IMG/VR virus record: IMGVR_UViG_2585428174_000001
Location: 1 to 38,102 of that record
DNA length: 38,102 bases
Reading direction: 5' to 3' (one strand)
Source of the DNA: a virus
The position numbers were made by a program, and so were the translations under genes. The notes under the pieces are model-generated. The model was not told the DNA's origin. It searched no databases and saw nothing but the letters and a program-made list of their open reading frames with translations. Every line of letters begins with the position of its first letter. Positions within the stretch are counted from its first letter, which is position 1. Positions 1-6,891 of this stretch are shown here, one piece after another.

Positions 1-69
1 TATTCAAGAACTTAGTCATTTCAATAGTTTATGGTGCGTCAGAGAAGATTCGAACTCCCGACCAACTGG
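1..69. repeat. att site, left copy of the 69-bp direct repeat (attL/attR pair)
   Basis: Bases 1-69 (tattcaagaacttagtcatttcaatagtttatggtgcgtcagagaagattcgaactcccgaccaactgg) are identical to 38034-38102. Confidence 0.9.
32..69 (-). other. Duplicated tRNA 3' fragment (T-arm, acceptor 3' strand, CCA), not a complete tRNA
   Basis: The reverse complement reads ..GGGAG TTCGAAT CTTCT CTGACGC A CCA. The sequence after position 69 does not fold into anticodon, D or acceptor arms. Confidence 0.55.
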
Positions 70-114
70 GACGGTTTAAAGGATACCATATCATTTTAAA
101 ACGTTCCAAAGCCA

Positions 115-143
115 TTGATTTTACTATATTCATTGTTTATAGT
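115..143 (+). promoter_or_regulatory. Putative sigma-A type promoter (TTGATT-N17-TATAGT)
   Basis: TTGATT at 115-120 and TATAGT at 138-143 are separated by exactly 17 nt, upstream of the 211-372 ORF. Confidence 0.45.
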
Positions 144-176
144 TTCCTACACTTTCTCACAACCACATAAAACTAG

Positions 177-195
177 TGTGGGAATAATGTGGGAA
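177..195 (+). repeat. Two direct copies of TGTGGGAA (putative integrase/Xis arm-type sites)
   Basis: TGTGGGAA occurs at 177-184 and 188-195. The same octamer occurs three times next to the other att copy (37952, 37990, 38001). Confidence 0.5.
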
Positions 196-210
196 AGTGA
201 GGTGAGAAAC

Positions 211-372
211 ATGGATAAATCTGAATTAATAATATCGCATTTAGAGAGTAAAATGCATGAACTAGATAAGAAAGCATTAGCTCTGCCAAGAAGTGAATTT
301 GATGAATATATCGAAATTGTGAACCAAGTGACATTTCTTGATGAGTTGATTGATGAGATTAAGAGGATATAA
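211..372 (+). CDS. Small helical hypothetical protein (53 aa)
   Basis: ATG at 211 is preceded by the SD GAGGTGAG. The ORF-track 85-aa version starts at a TTG that coincides with the -35 box. A hairpin follows the stop codon. Confidence 0.55.
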   Translation: MDKSELIISHLESKMHELDKKALALPRSEFDEYIEIVNQVTFLDELIDEIKRI

Positions 373-402
373 AAAGAGCCCCAGGGATGGGGCTTATCTT
401 TT
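371..402. terminator. Bidirectional intrinsic terminator shared by convergent genes
   Basis: AGCCCC (377-382) pairs with GGGGCT (389-394) around a 6-nt loop. The stem is flanked by an A-run on one side and a T-run on the other. It overlaps the stop codon of the 394-951 ORF. Confidence 0.6.
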
Positions 403-951
403 AAATTTATCTTTTATACAACTATTACTTTCATTATTGTACTTTTCGGGATGAAAAGTTTCATCTAACAACTTATTTATAAGCCAAATCAGTCTATACG
501 TGTTTATGAAAAAGTATATGATAAAATTAGCGGCGAGTATTAAAATAACAGTTCTAACCCAAGTGTTTCCAAAGTCAATTCTAATGTAGATCCCTACTAA
601 TAGCAAAATCAAAAATACGCCTTGAATAATAGAATATTTTAAAATTTTTATCACAAAATCTGTATATTTAAATCTTTTTATAAGTTCCATAATTCTTTTA
701 TCACACATAGTTAATAACAAGGTTCCTATGGTTATGTTCATGCTAAGAAGAATAGACACAAAAGTTATAATGTGAGGTAAAAGATCTTTAAAAGGTTCTA
801 TAAACCCTACATATTCTTCATTAAAAAAATAGTTTTTTATATTAATTATAATCTCCTGGTTAAAATAATATATAAGAAAACATAATATAAAAAAACACAT
901 GTTAACTACAATTGATTTAATTATTTTTCTAGCTATATGTTTTAATTTCAT
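394..951 (-). CDS. Four-TM membrane protein (185 aa), second gene of the orphan two-gene cassette
   Basis: Four hydrophobic stretches of about 17-23 aa: IVVNMCFFILCFLIYYF, HIITFVSILLSMNITIGTLLLTM, SIIQGVFLILLLVGIYI and VRTVILILAANFIIYFFINTY. It lies 35 nt downstream of the 319-aa gene, with GAGGAGG upstream. Confidence 0.75.
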   Translation of the reverse strand: MKLKHIARKIIKSIVVNMCFFILCFLIYYFNQEIIINIKNYFFNEEYVGFIEPFKDLLPHIITFVSILLSMNITIGTLLLTMCDKRIMELIKRFKYTDFVIKILKYSIIQGVFLILLLVGIYIRIDFGNTWVRTVILILAANFIIYFFINTYRLIWLINKLLDETFHPEKYNNESNSCIKDKFKR

Positions 952-986
952 TTTTTACATTATGCCTCCTCAAAATATATTTTATT

Positions 987-1946
987 CTATTCGCAAATAG
1001 GTTTTATAATTTTACCAATCCTTTTTCCTAAAGTAAGATCAAATTTAGCATTCATTTGTAATAAAATTTTATCGAATGTTTTAGGATCACCCTTGGATAC
1101 GTTTATTTCAATAGTATCATCTAACTTATAATTTATCAAATCTATTACTCGGATTTCTCCATCGTCCAACATTTTAACTTTTAATGTTGGGAATATCTTT
1201 TCATCACGCTTCATCATGTTAACTAGTTTCTTTAATCCACTTTTTTGTAAAAAAATCTGCCTAGATCTCCCTATATTGATTTCCAATTTCAAAGTTGCTC
1301 CATTGATACTTCTGGCCAAATCAGCTACATTCTTTAAGCGTTTAAATTCTTCCTGGCCATCTTCCCAAGATTCCAATTTAGACAAATCAGTTATAGTAGT
1401 TGATATGCTTTTATATTCTATTAATGAATCATCCGATATATTCTTATACCTATCATCAAATGTTATAGGAGATATTATAAATCTTTTTAATTCATTCATC
1501 TCTAAATATTGTCTGAAGAAATCAGAAATTCCTGCGAAAGAAACACTATACCTGTTGTTTTGTAAGGCTATTATCTTTGTTTTTTTATCATAAACTAGAC
1601 AAACCTCTTCTCCTACAAATTCATCGTCATCTAAATCTAAAGCATGGCCTTCACCATTACGCTTTGAAACAAAAGGTACGTCATCTCTGTTTTTCATAAA
1701 ACATAAATTCCATCTTTCTGTTACTTCATTATATTCAATTCTTTTTAATTGTACACACTCTTTACCAATGTCTTTATTTTTATCATCAGTGTTTTGAACA
1801 CTATTTTCGTTTGCAAATAATATCCTTTCTTCTATGTTCAAGGTTTGCAATGTTTTAAACAAATCATCCAAATCATAAATTCTTTCGTTCTTCTCTCCCC
1901 CACTCATTGGATAATAATAATATACTTTCATATTTTTTATACTCAT
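987..1946 (-). CDS. Soluble 319-aa protein of unknown function, first gene of the orphan two-gene cassette
   Basis: Long ORF with the SD AGGGGA 5 nt upstream of the ATG. I saw no Walker, HExxH, HNH or PD-(D/E)XK motif. Acidic patch DLDDDEF. Confidence 0.75.
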   Translation of the reverse strand: MSIKNMKVYYYYPMSGGEKNERIYDLDDLFKTLQTLNIEERILFANENSVQNTDDKNKDIGKECVQLKRIEYNEVTERWNLCFMKNRDDVPFVSKRNGEGHALDLDDDEFVGEEVCLVYDKKTKIIALQNNRYSVSFAGISDFFRQYLEMNELKRFIISPITFDDRYKNISDDSLIEYKSISTTITDLSKLESWEDGQEEFKRLKNVADLARSINGATLKLEINIGRSRQIFLQKSGLKKLVNMMKRDEKIFPTLKVKMLDDGEIRVIDLINYKLDDTIEINVSKGDPKTFDKILLQMNAKFDLTLGKRIGKIIKPICE

Positions 1947-1952
1947 GCTATT

Positions 1953-1995
1953 CCCCTATTCTTGCACTCATTCTTTTATTACTGTATAATAGGGG
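1953..1995 (-). promoter_or_regulatory. Leader hairpin able to sequester the SD of the 319-aa gene
   Basis: CCCCTATT (1953-1960, containing the SD complement) is the exact reverse complement of AATAGGGG (1988-1995). Confidence 0.35.
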
Positions 1996-2067
1996 TAACA
2001 AAACAATGAGTAACTTTTGTATTTAAACCACTGTTGATTTAGCCGTCATAGTGGTTTATTATTTTTA

Positions 2068-2095
2068 AGTATATCACGTAGTATAACTATTTCAA
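2068..2095 (-). promoter_or_regulatory. Secondary candidate promoter (TTGAAA-N16-TGaTATACT) for the cassette
   Basis: On the minus strand, the -35 is at 2090-2095 and an extended -10 at 2068-2073. Confidence 0.3.
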
Positions 2096-2210
2096 CACTT
2101 TCGACAAAACTTGACAAACAGTATTTTATTTCCATATTTTTATAAAAAACATCAATGGACATTATAATAATTTTAATTCTCCATCAATGATTTTTATTAT
2201 TATTGTAATT

Positions 2211-2234
2211 ATTAATCAATTCTCATTGATTAAT
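2211..2234. promoter_or_regulatory. Perfect 10-4-10 palindrome ATTAATCAAT-tctc-ATTGATTAAT (putative operator)
   Basis: Exact inverted repeat, positioned at the predicted transcription start of the 2237-2265 promoter. Confidence 0.5.
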
Positions 2235-2236
2235 TA

Positions 2237-2265
2237 ATTATATTATGGTATATTTTGATTATCAA
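2237..2265 (-). promoter_or_regulatory. Strong candidate promoter (TTGATA-N17-TATAAT) for the two-gene cassette
   Basis: On the minus strand, the -35 is at 2260-2265 and the -10 at 2237-2242, with 17-nt spacing. Confidence 0.5.
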
Positions 2266-2284
2266 TGGTCCTCCCTTGACTACC

Positions 2285-2322
2285 TAATAGTCCTACTTGT
2301 TTAAATGGCTGTAGGGCTATTA
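2285..2322. repeat. 12-bp inverted repeat hairpin between the lysis terminator and the cassette promoter
   Basis: TAATAGTCCTAC (2285-2296) pairs with GTAGGGCTATTA (2311-2322). One position is a G-U wobble on the + strand and a C-A mismatch on the minus strand. Confidence 0.4.
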
Positions 2323-2330
2323 CTTTTATT

Positions 2331-2363
2331 AGAAAAAATAAGGGTACCCAAACGGATACCCTT
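2331..2363 (-). terminator. Intrinsic terminator ending the late/lysis operon
   Basis: A 10-bp stem forms between 2340-2349 and 2354-2363 with a 4-nt loop. On the minus strand it is followed by a U-run (AUUUUUU). Confidence 0.75.
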
Positions 2364-2368
2364 TTAAA

Positions 2369-2617
2369 CTACTTAAAATTCTCTATTAAATTTTTAGAAC
2401 CACTATAAAAACCACCAGCTGTAAGTCCTATTACTAGTCCATACATTAACCCTTCTCTAATCCCTACTCCCATAAAAGCTACACCAAAAGAACATCCACA
2501 TGCTATATTTAATATAGGTATTAACTTAGGATTAACTCCAACCTTCTTAAAAAATTCACCTAAAGCTATAACAATTCCTGTTAAAACTCCTAAACTTGCA
2601 AAATCCATATATTGCAC
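2369..2617 (-). CDS. Holin (small protein with 2-3 TM segments)
   Basis: 82 aa and Gly-rich hydrophobic, located directly downstream of the amidase gene. Confidence 0.7.
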   Translation of the reverse strand: MQYMDFASLGVLTGIVIALGEFFKKVGVNPKLIPILNIACGCSFGVAFMGVGIREGLMYGLVIGLTAGGFYSGSKNLIENFK

Positions 2618-2625
2618 CTCCGATT

Positions 2626-3264
2626 TTATTTTACATTTTTATTTACATATGTTTTAAGATCCTGTACTGCTTTTAAATCTACTTGCAGTTTGTCTATCTC
2701 CTTATATAAATTAGCCATTACACTATTTATGCTGCATTCAACAGCATAAAGTTGTTTATTCAGTAGTTCTTTATCCATCTTATTTTCACCTCCTTTTAAT
2801 CTAGTTTTAAACTCATTCCACTTCGCCCAGTTACTAGCACTAAAAGACTTAGGGCATAGCTTAAAACTTGCATCATAATGTCTAACAACTCTTTCAATAG
2901 GTATATCTAATTCATTCATTAACTGCTTTGTTAAATCTAAAGTATTTTGAATGGTTTTTTCTGATGGCTGCATATTACTTTCCAAACACATCTCTATTGA
3001 AATGCTATTACTGTTTGTAATACCATTTCTTCCCCTACCATCACCTACAGCCCACGAATAATTGTTGTTATAATCTATGATCTGGATTACGTTGTTTGAA
3101 TCAACAAAAAAATCTGCACTAGAGTTCCTGTTTCCACCGGCAAAATAATCTCTGTTGTTTTGAGCACTTGAAATAGCTCCTACATCATGAATTACAATGT
3201 ATTTTATGGAATTGTTTCTTTTAGAAAAATTGTACTTTATTAATTGTTTTTTTATTGGTATCAC
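2626..3264 (-). CDS. Endolysin, N-acetylmuramoyl-L-alanine amidase (Amidase_2/PGRP type)
   Basis: Motifs IVIHDVG, SISIEMC and VVRHYD..KLCP. The C-terminal ~50 aa look coiled-coil rather than like a recognisable wall-binding domain. Confidence 0.85.
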   Translation of the reverse strand: MIPIKKQLIKYNFSKRNNSIKYIVIHDVGAISSAQNNRDYFAGGNRNSSADFFVDSNNVIQIIDYNNNYSWAVGDGRGRNGITNSNSISIEMCLESNMQPSEKTIQNTLDLTKQLMNELDIPIERVVRHYDASFKLCPKSFSASNWAKWNEFKTRLKGGENKMDKELLNKQLYAVECSINSVMANLYKEIDKLQVDLKAVQDLKTYVNKNVK

Positions 3265-3285
3265 TACCTCATACCTCCTATGGAC

Positions 3286-3528
3286 TTATTTAAAGATATT
3301 ATTTTGCACTGCATAAAAAAAGAATCCTATAAAAGACCCTATCAGTAACCCTATAAACCACTTCATAACTGAAGTCAGGGCCCTAAGGTTTTCACATAAA
3401 TTCTTAAGTTCACTTTTTAATGTAGCGCTGTCCTGTTCTAATTTATCTAATCTGTCAGCATGGTTATTTAAACGCTTGTCATGTACCTCAAGCTGATGTT
3501 CAACTAATTCATCGTTCATATTACACAT
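3286..3528 (-). CDS. xhlA: XhlA-like lysis-associated membrane protein
   Basis: N-terminal coiled coil plus a single C-terminal TM segment (WFIGLLIGSFIGFFFYAV), located just upstream of the endolysin. The likely start is the ATG at 3519, downstream of AGAAAGGA. Confidence 0.55.
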   Translation of the reverse strand: MCNMNDELVEHQLEVHDKRLNNHADRLDKLEQDSATLKSELKNLCENLRALTSVMKWFIGLLIGSFIGFFFYAVQNNIFK

Positions 3529-3544
3529 CCTTTCTTAGATTTAA

Positions 3545-3584
3545 GGCAATAAAAAAGAACCTAATCGGCTCTGAATTATTGCCC
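3545..3584 (-). terminator. Terminator-like hairpin after the tail protein gene
   Basis: On the minus strand, AGAGCC pairs with GGUUCU and is followed by UUUUUUAUU. An outer 8-bp pairing GGCAATAA/TTATTGCC is also possible. Confidence 0.45.
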
Positions 3585-3590
3585 TATTAT

Positions 3591-6536
3591 TTAATTTATA
3601 TCCCTAACTGTAATAGTAGGTTGTATTGCCGTATTGACTTGCACTGTGCCATTCTCAAATTTCTTTAATTCTGTTAGTTGCGGAGTTGTTACTGGTGTAG
3701 CTAATTCATAAAGCACTGTTACATTGTTAGCTTGTAACCAAGACTTAAATGACGGGATATAGGTTGAAGTTGTGCCATCTACGAAATTATATTGAGTCAA
3801 CTTAGACTTTAATATCTGTATTTGAAAATTGCCAGTGCTGTAATGTATATTTATACATTCGATACTTGGACTACTTATCGCCCCAACTGTAAATTTGTCA
3901 GATATAACTACACCTGCATTTTTAGCACCTATGTTTAAATCAAATCTTAGTGCTTCGCCATAAGTATTAAAATATACCCAATTTTCACTACCATTTAGCA
4001 CAGTTTTACCAATTCTTTGTGTAAACACATTATCCTTTATTCCATCCTTAATATCGCCCACTTTACGCAATACTAAATGCACTGTAATCCTATCTTGTAA
4101 CACCCCATTACTACTTACAATTTCTATCTTATTTCCTTCTGCCTCTCCCACACTCTCTAGGGTACAACCTGTCTCAAACACGTTTGTATACGTTCCATTA
4201 TCACGTTTGTATATCGTATTGCCTTCCAAATCTATAGCAATCATTTTTTGTATTTCTTGTTGCTCGCCTACTGTCAAAATATCCATTAAATCACAATAAG
4301 AGCTTCCATCCTTGCTACCTCCCGCAAAGTACCACTTATCTCTATTCACCGCAATTGCCATTTGCCCGCCTCTTCCTTCTGGTAATTCATTGCATTTAGT
4401 TAATACATTGTTATACTTAAATATTTCAGATCCAATCAAAAGATAAATGTTGCCATTATAAGTCCATGCACCATTAAACCATGCCTCAGTTGCAGAACTT
4501 GGTTTTAATTGTTCCCATGTGTTAGTTGTCACGTTGTATTTTAACCATACTTTATTACCATTAATGCCAAAAACATATATAGAACCATTAATTGTAGCGC
4601 AATAGCAACGTGTAGCTGCAACCGGCATATTTGCACCACTACTCCATGTATTTGTTGCAATATCATATATTTCTAATTTGTCATACAATGTTCCACGTCT
4701 ATTGTCTCCGCCGCATACATATATTTTCCCATTTAAAACGCACATACCAAGTAATGTTCGTGAAGTAGGCATATTTGCGCCAACACTCCACGTATTAGTT
4801 GCTATATCATAAATTTTTAAGCTTGATAATGTATTGCCACCGCTAGCCGAACCACCAACAACATACATTTTCCCGCCATGAAGCACAGCCTTAGTTTCAG
4901 CACGTTGCCCTCCGCTCGCTCCACTACTCCATGTATTTGTTACAATATCATATATTTCCATACTAGAAACATAATCACTGCTATACCCACCATCTACATA
5001 TATTTTATTATTGTAAACAACACAATGAGCTCCATACCTTCCATATTGCATTGTTTTGCCTTGTTCCCAAGCTGGCTTAACCGTAGGCATGTACGGACTT
5101 ACTCCGCCAATTACTTTTTGCCCAAATAGAGCCACTTGTACTTGGTTTGCGTCAATTGTTATAGTAGTACTGGATATTAATCTTACTGATAACTTATGCT
5201 TTTCATTTGCCTGCACCTTAGTTATTGCGTAATTAAAACTTAAAGTACTAAAATTTACTACATTTGTCTTAGGTCTTAATGCACACAGTATATTGTCAAC
5301 GTAAAACTTGCATTCAACTGTCGCTGTAGCATTAATTTGTATGGTCACAAATAACAATAAGTTGGAGCTTGAAGATGTTTCATATTCTAATGTGCAAATT
5401 TCCGTTGAAACATTACTCCCTACTTGAACAGCGGTTTCATTCGTATATGTGTACATTCCCATATTATTTTCTTGCGTTTGAGTTTCTACGTATTGCTCTT
5501 GAGCTGTCTTATTCTCTATTGCTTTTTTGCTAATTTTAGCTTGTGTAGTAGCTTTTAAACCACCACAGTACCTAATTTTATTATTAGTAACAATGCTTAA
5601 ATGTGCTACGTCTTTTTCGTCATACACTTTAATTTTGTCACACACTTCCATGGCAAAATCGCCCTGCCATTCTGCGTTATATCCTATATACTGTGTAGCT
5701 TTATAGTAGTGTAAAGTATTAACTGCAATAGCCTCCAAGTATCCCTCGCCTATGCCATTCAGTAATGCTATTTCCTGGTTTAATACATTGCCTGTGCTAT
5801 CACCTACTTCATAGCCATTTACAACCACACCTGTAATGTTACTAAAACTATTGCTTACTGTAGTTTTGTAGCTATTGTAGTTAGTAATTTCAACGTCAGT
5901 ATCGTTTAGTACATATATATCCACTAGTCCACTTAAGCACACTAGGAACCCACCGGCTATCGTTGCAACATCTGTTAAAACTTGCCTAAATGAACCCTGT
6001 GGTTTTTGTGGAATCATTAAATCATTAAAACTGTAAGTGCTATTTTTAAAGTTATACCCAAACTGTATGCCTAGTGTCTTTTCCATGTCTGCTACAATAG
6101 CATTAACTTTTGCTGGGAATACCAATTCACTAGAATATTTACTGTCCAGTATGTCCATTGCAAGCTTATCAAATCCTTCTAGCTTTATACTCTTACCAGT
6201 TTCTTTATACTCTTCTATCCAAAAATCGTTGTAGAAGATTTCTTCCCATTTTCCGTCTGCTAGCTGTATCATAAAGTATAGCTTTATCATCTTATCTTCA
6301 AAGTTTATGTTGTCATATTTATTGTCATGATTACTCAGAGAAATAGAAATAGGGCTTGCTATTCCACCACCAATCGCAAAATTTTCACTGGCCAGTATAG
6401 CGTTGTCTACTTCAATTGTTTCTATATTATCATCTGTTATTGTCAAAGTTGTTGTACCTTGGACGATAATTTTTGCACCAAGAATCCTTGAAGGACTTCT
6501 TATTGCTGTTTTATATGCAGCGCTTACATTCTTCAT
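3591..6536 (-). CDS. Tail-tip / receptor-binding protein (Tal-like N-terminus, central Kelch-repeat beta-propeller)
   Basis: 981 aa, located after the TMP and a Dit-like gene. About 6 repeats match the pattern G(G/K)IYV.GG....L..YD..TNTWS. Confidence 0.75.
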   Translation of the reverse strand: MKNVSAAYKTAIRSPSRILGAKIIVQGTTTLTITDDNIETIEVDNAILASENFAIGGGIASPISISLSNHDNKYDNINFEDKMIKLYFMIQLADGKWEEIFYNDFWIEEYKETGKSIKLEGFDKLAMDILDSKYSSELVFPAKVNAIVADMEKTLGIQFGYNFKNSTYSFNDLMIPQKPQGSFRQVLTDVATIAGGFLVCLSGLVDIYVLNDTDVEITNYNSYKTTVSNSFSNITGVVVNGYEVGDSTGNVLNQEIALLNGIGEGYLEAIAVNTLHYYKATQYIGYNAEWQGDFAMEVCDKIKVYDEKDVAHLSIVTNNKIRYCGGLKATTQAKISKKAIENKTAQEQYVETQTQENNMGMYTYTNETAVQVGSNVSTEICTLEYETSSSSNLLLFVTIQINATATVECKFYVDNILCALRPKTNVVNFSTLSFNYAITKVQANEKHKLSVRLISSTTITIDANQVQVALFGQKVIGGVSPYMPTVKPAWEQGKTMQYGRYGAHCVVYNNKIYVDGGYSSDYVSSMEIYDIVTNTWSSGASGGQRAETKAVLHGGKMYVVGGSASGGNTLSSLKIYDIATNTWSVGANMPTSRTLLGMCVLNGKIYVCGGDNRRGTLYDKLEIYDIATNTWSSGANMPVAATRCYCATINGSIYVFGINGNKVWLKYNVTTNTWEQLKPSSATEAWFNGAWTYNGNIYLLIGSEIFKYNNVLTKCNELPEGRGGQMAIAVNRDKWYFAGGSKDGSSYCDLMDILTVGEQQEIQKMIAIDLEGNTIYKRDNGTYTNVFETGCTLESVGEAEGNKIEIVSSNGVLQDRITVHLVLRKVGDIKDGIKDNVFTQRIGKTVLNGSENWVYFNTYGEALRFDLNIGAKNAGVVISDKFTVGAISSPSIECINIHYSTGNFQIQILKSKLTQYNFVDGTTSTYIPSFKSWLQANNVTVLYELATPVTTPQLTELKKFENGTVQVNTAIQPTITVRDIN

Positions 6537-6540
6537 TTTG

Positions 6541-6876
6541 CTACCTCTCTATAAAATTCATCTTTAAGTTTTGCCATTTTCCCATGTATAACATTGGAGC
6601 TGTTCTTGTTCCTACATAAAATGTTTTCGTGATTGTTGCACCTTCAGCTGGATCAGGATATGCGACTTCGAAAAACACATTTTGAACCGCTTTCAAAAGT
6701 ATGCTTATCTCGCCATCCTCAAGCGGTGGCCATTCGCACGTAAGCTTTCTTTTAACTGCAATTCTGTCCCTTAACATCTGCCCTCTTGTATTTCTTCCAC
6801 TCTCTCCGTCTATGTCTTCAAAGTCCACTACAAAAACTTTAGGAGCAGCTATTGCTACTCCATTTATTTTAAGCAT
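6541..6876 (-). CDS. Small distal-tail (Dit-like) component
   Basis: 111 aa, located between the tape measure and the tail-tip protein. The call is by position only. Confidence 0.4.
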   Translation of the reverse strand: MLKINGVAIAAPKVFVVDFEDIDGESGRNTRGQMLRDRIAVKRKLTCEWPPLEDGEISILLKAVQNVFFEVAYPDPAEGATITKTFYVGTRTAPMLYMGKWQNLKMNFIER

Positions 6877-6891
6877 ATAACCACTCCTTTT

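Noticed and set aside
32-110. Possibility that the left att copy is a complete tRNA gene
   Set aside because: Beyond position 69 the reverse complement gives no acceptable anticodon loop, D arm or 5' acceptor strand complementary to CTGACGC. It is only the duplicated 3' fragment.
115-210. N-terminal extension of the 85-aa ORF-track call (TTG start at 115)
   Set aside because: The TTG coincides with a -35-like hexamer and no SD precedes it. The internal ATG at 211 has a strong SD, so I kept only 211-372.
1216-1593. 125-aa + strand ORF antisense to the 319-aa cassette gene
   Set aside because: It has no SD and a low-complexity Leu/Ser/Ile-rich translation, and it lies fully inside a longer ORF with a proper SD. 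I treat it as a shadow ORF in AT-rich DNA.
394-1946. Calling the two-gene cassette a Kiwa (KwaA/KwaB) system
   Set aside because: Only the architecture is similar: a 4-TM protein paired with a ~300-aa soluble protein. The gene order is reversed, and I cannot verify DUF4868 homology without a profile search. I keep it as an analogy, not an annotation.
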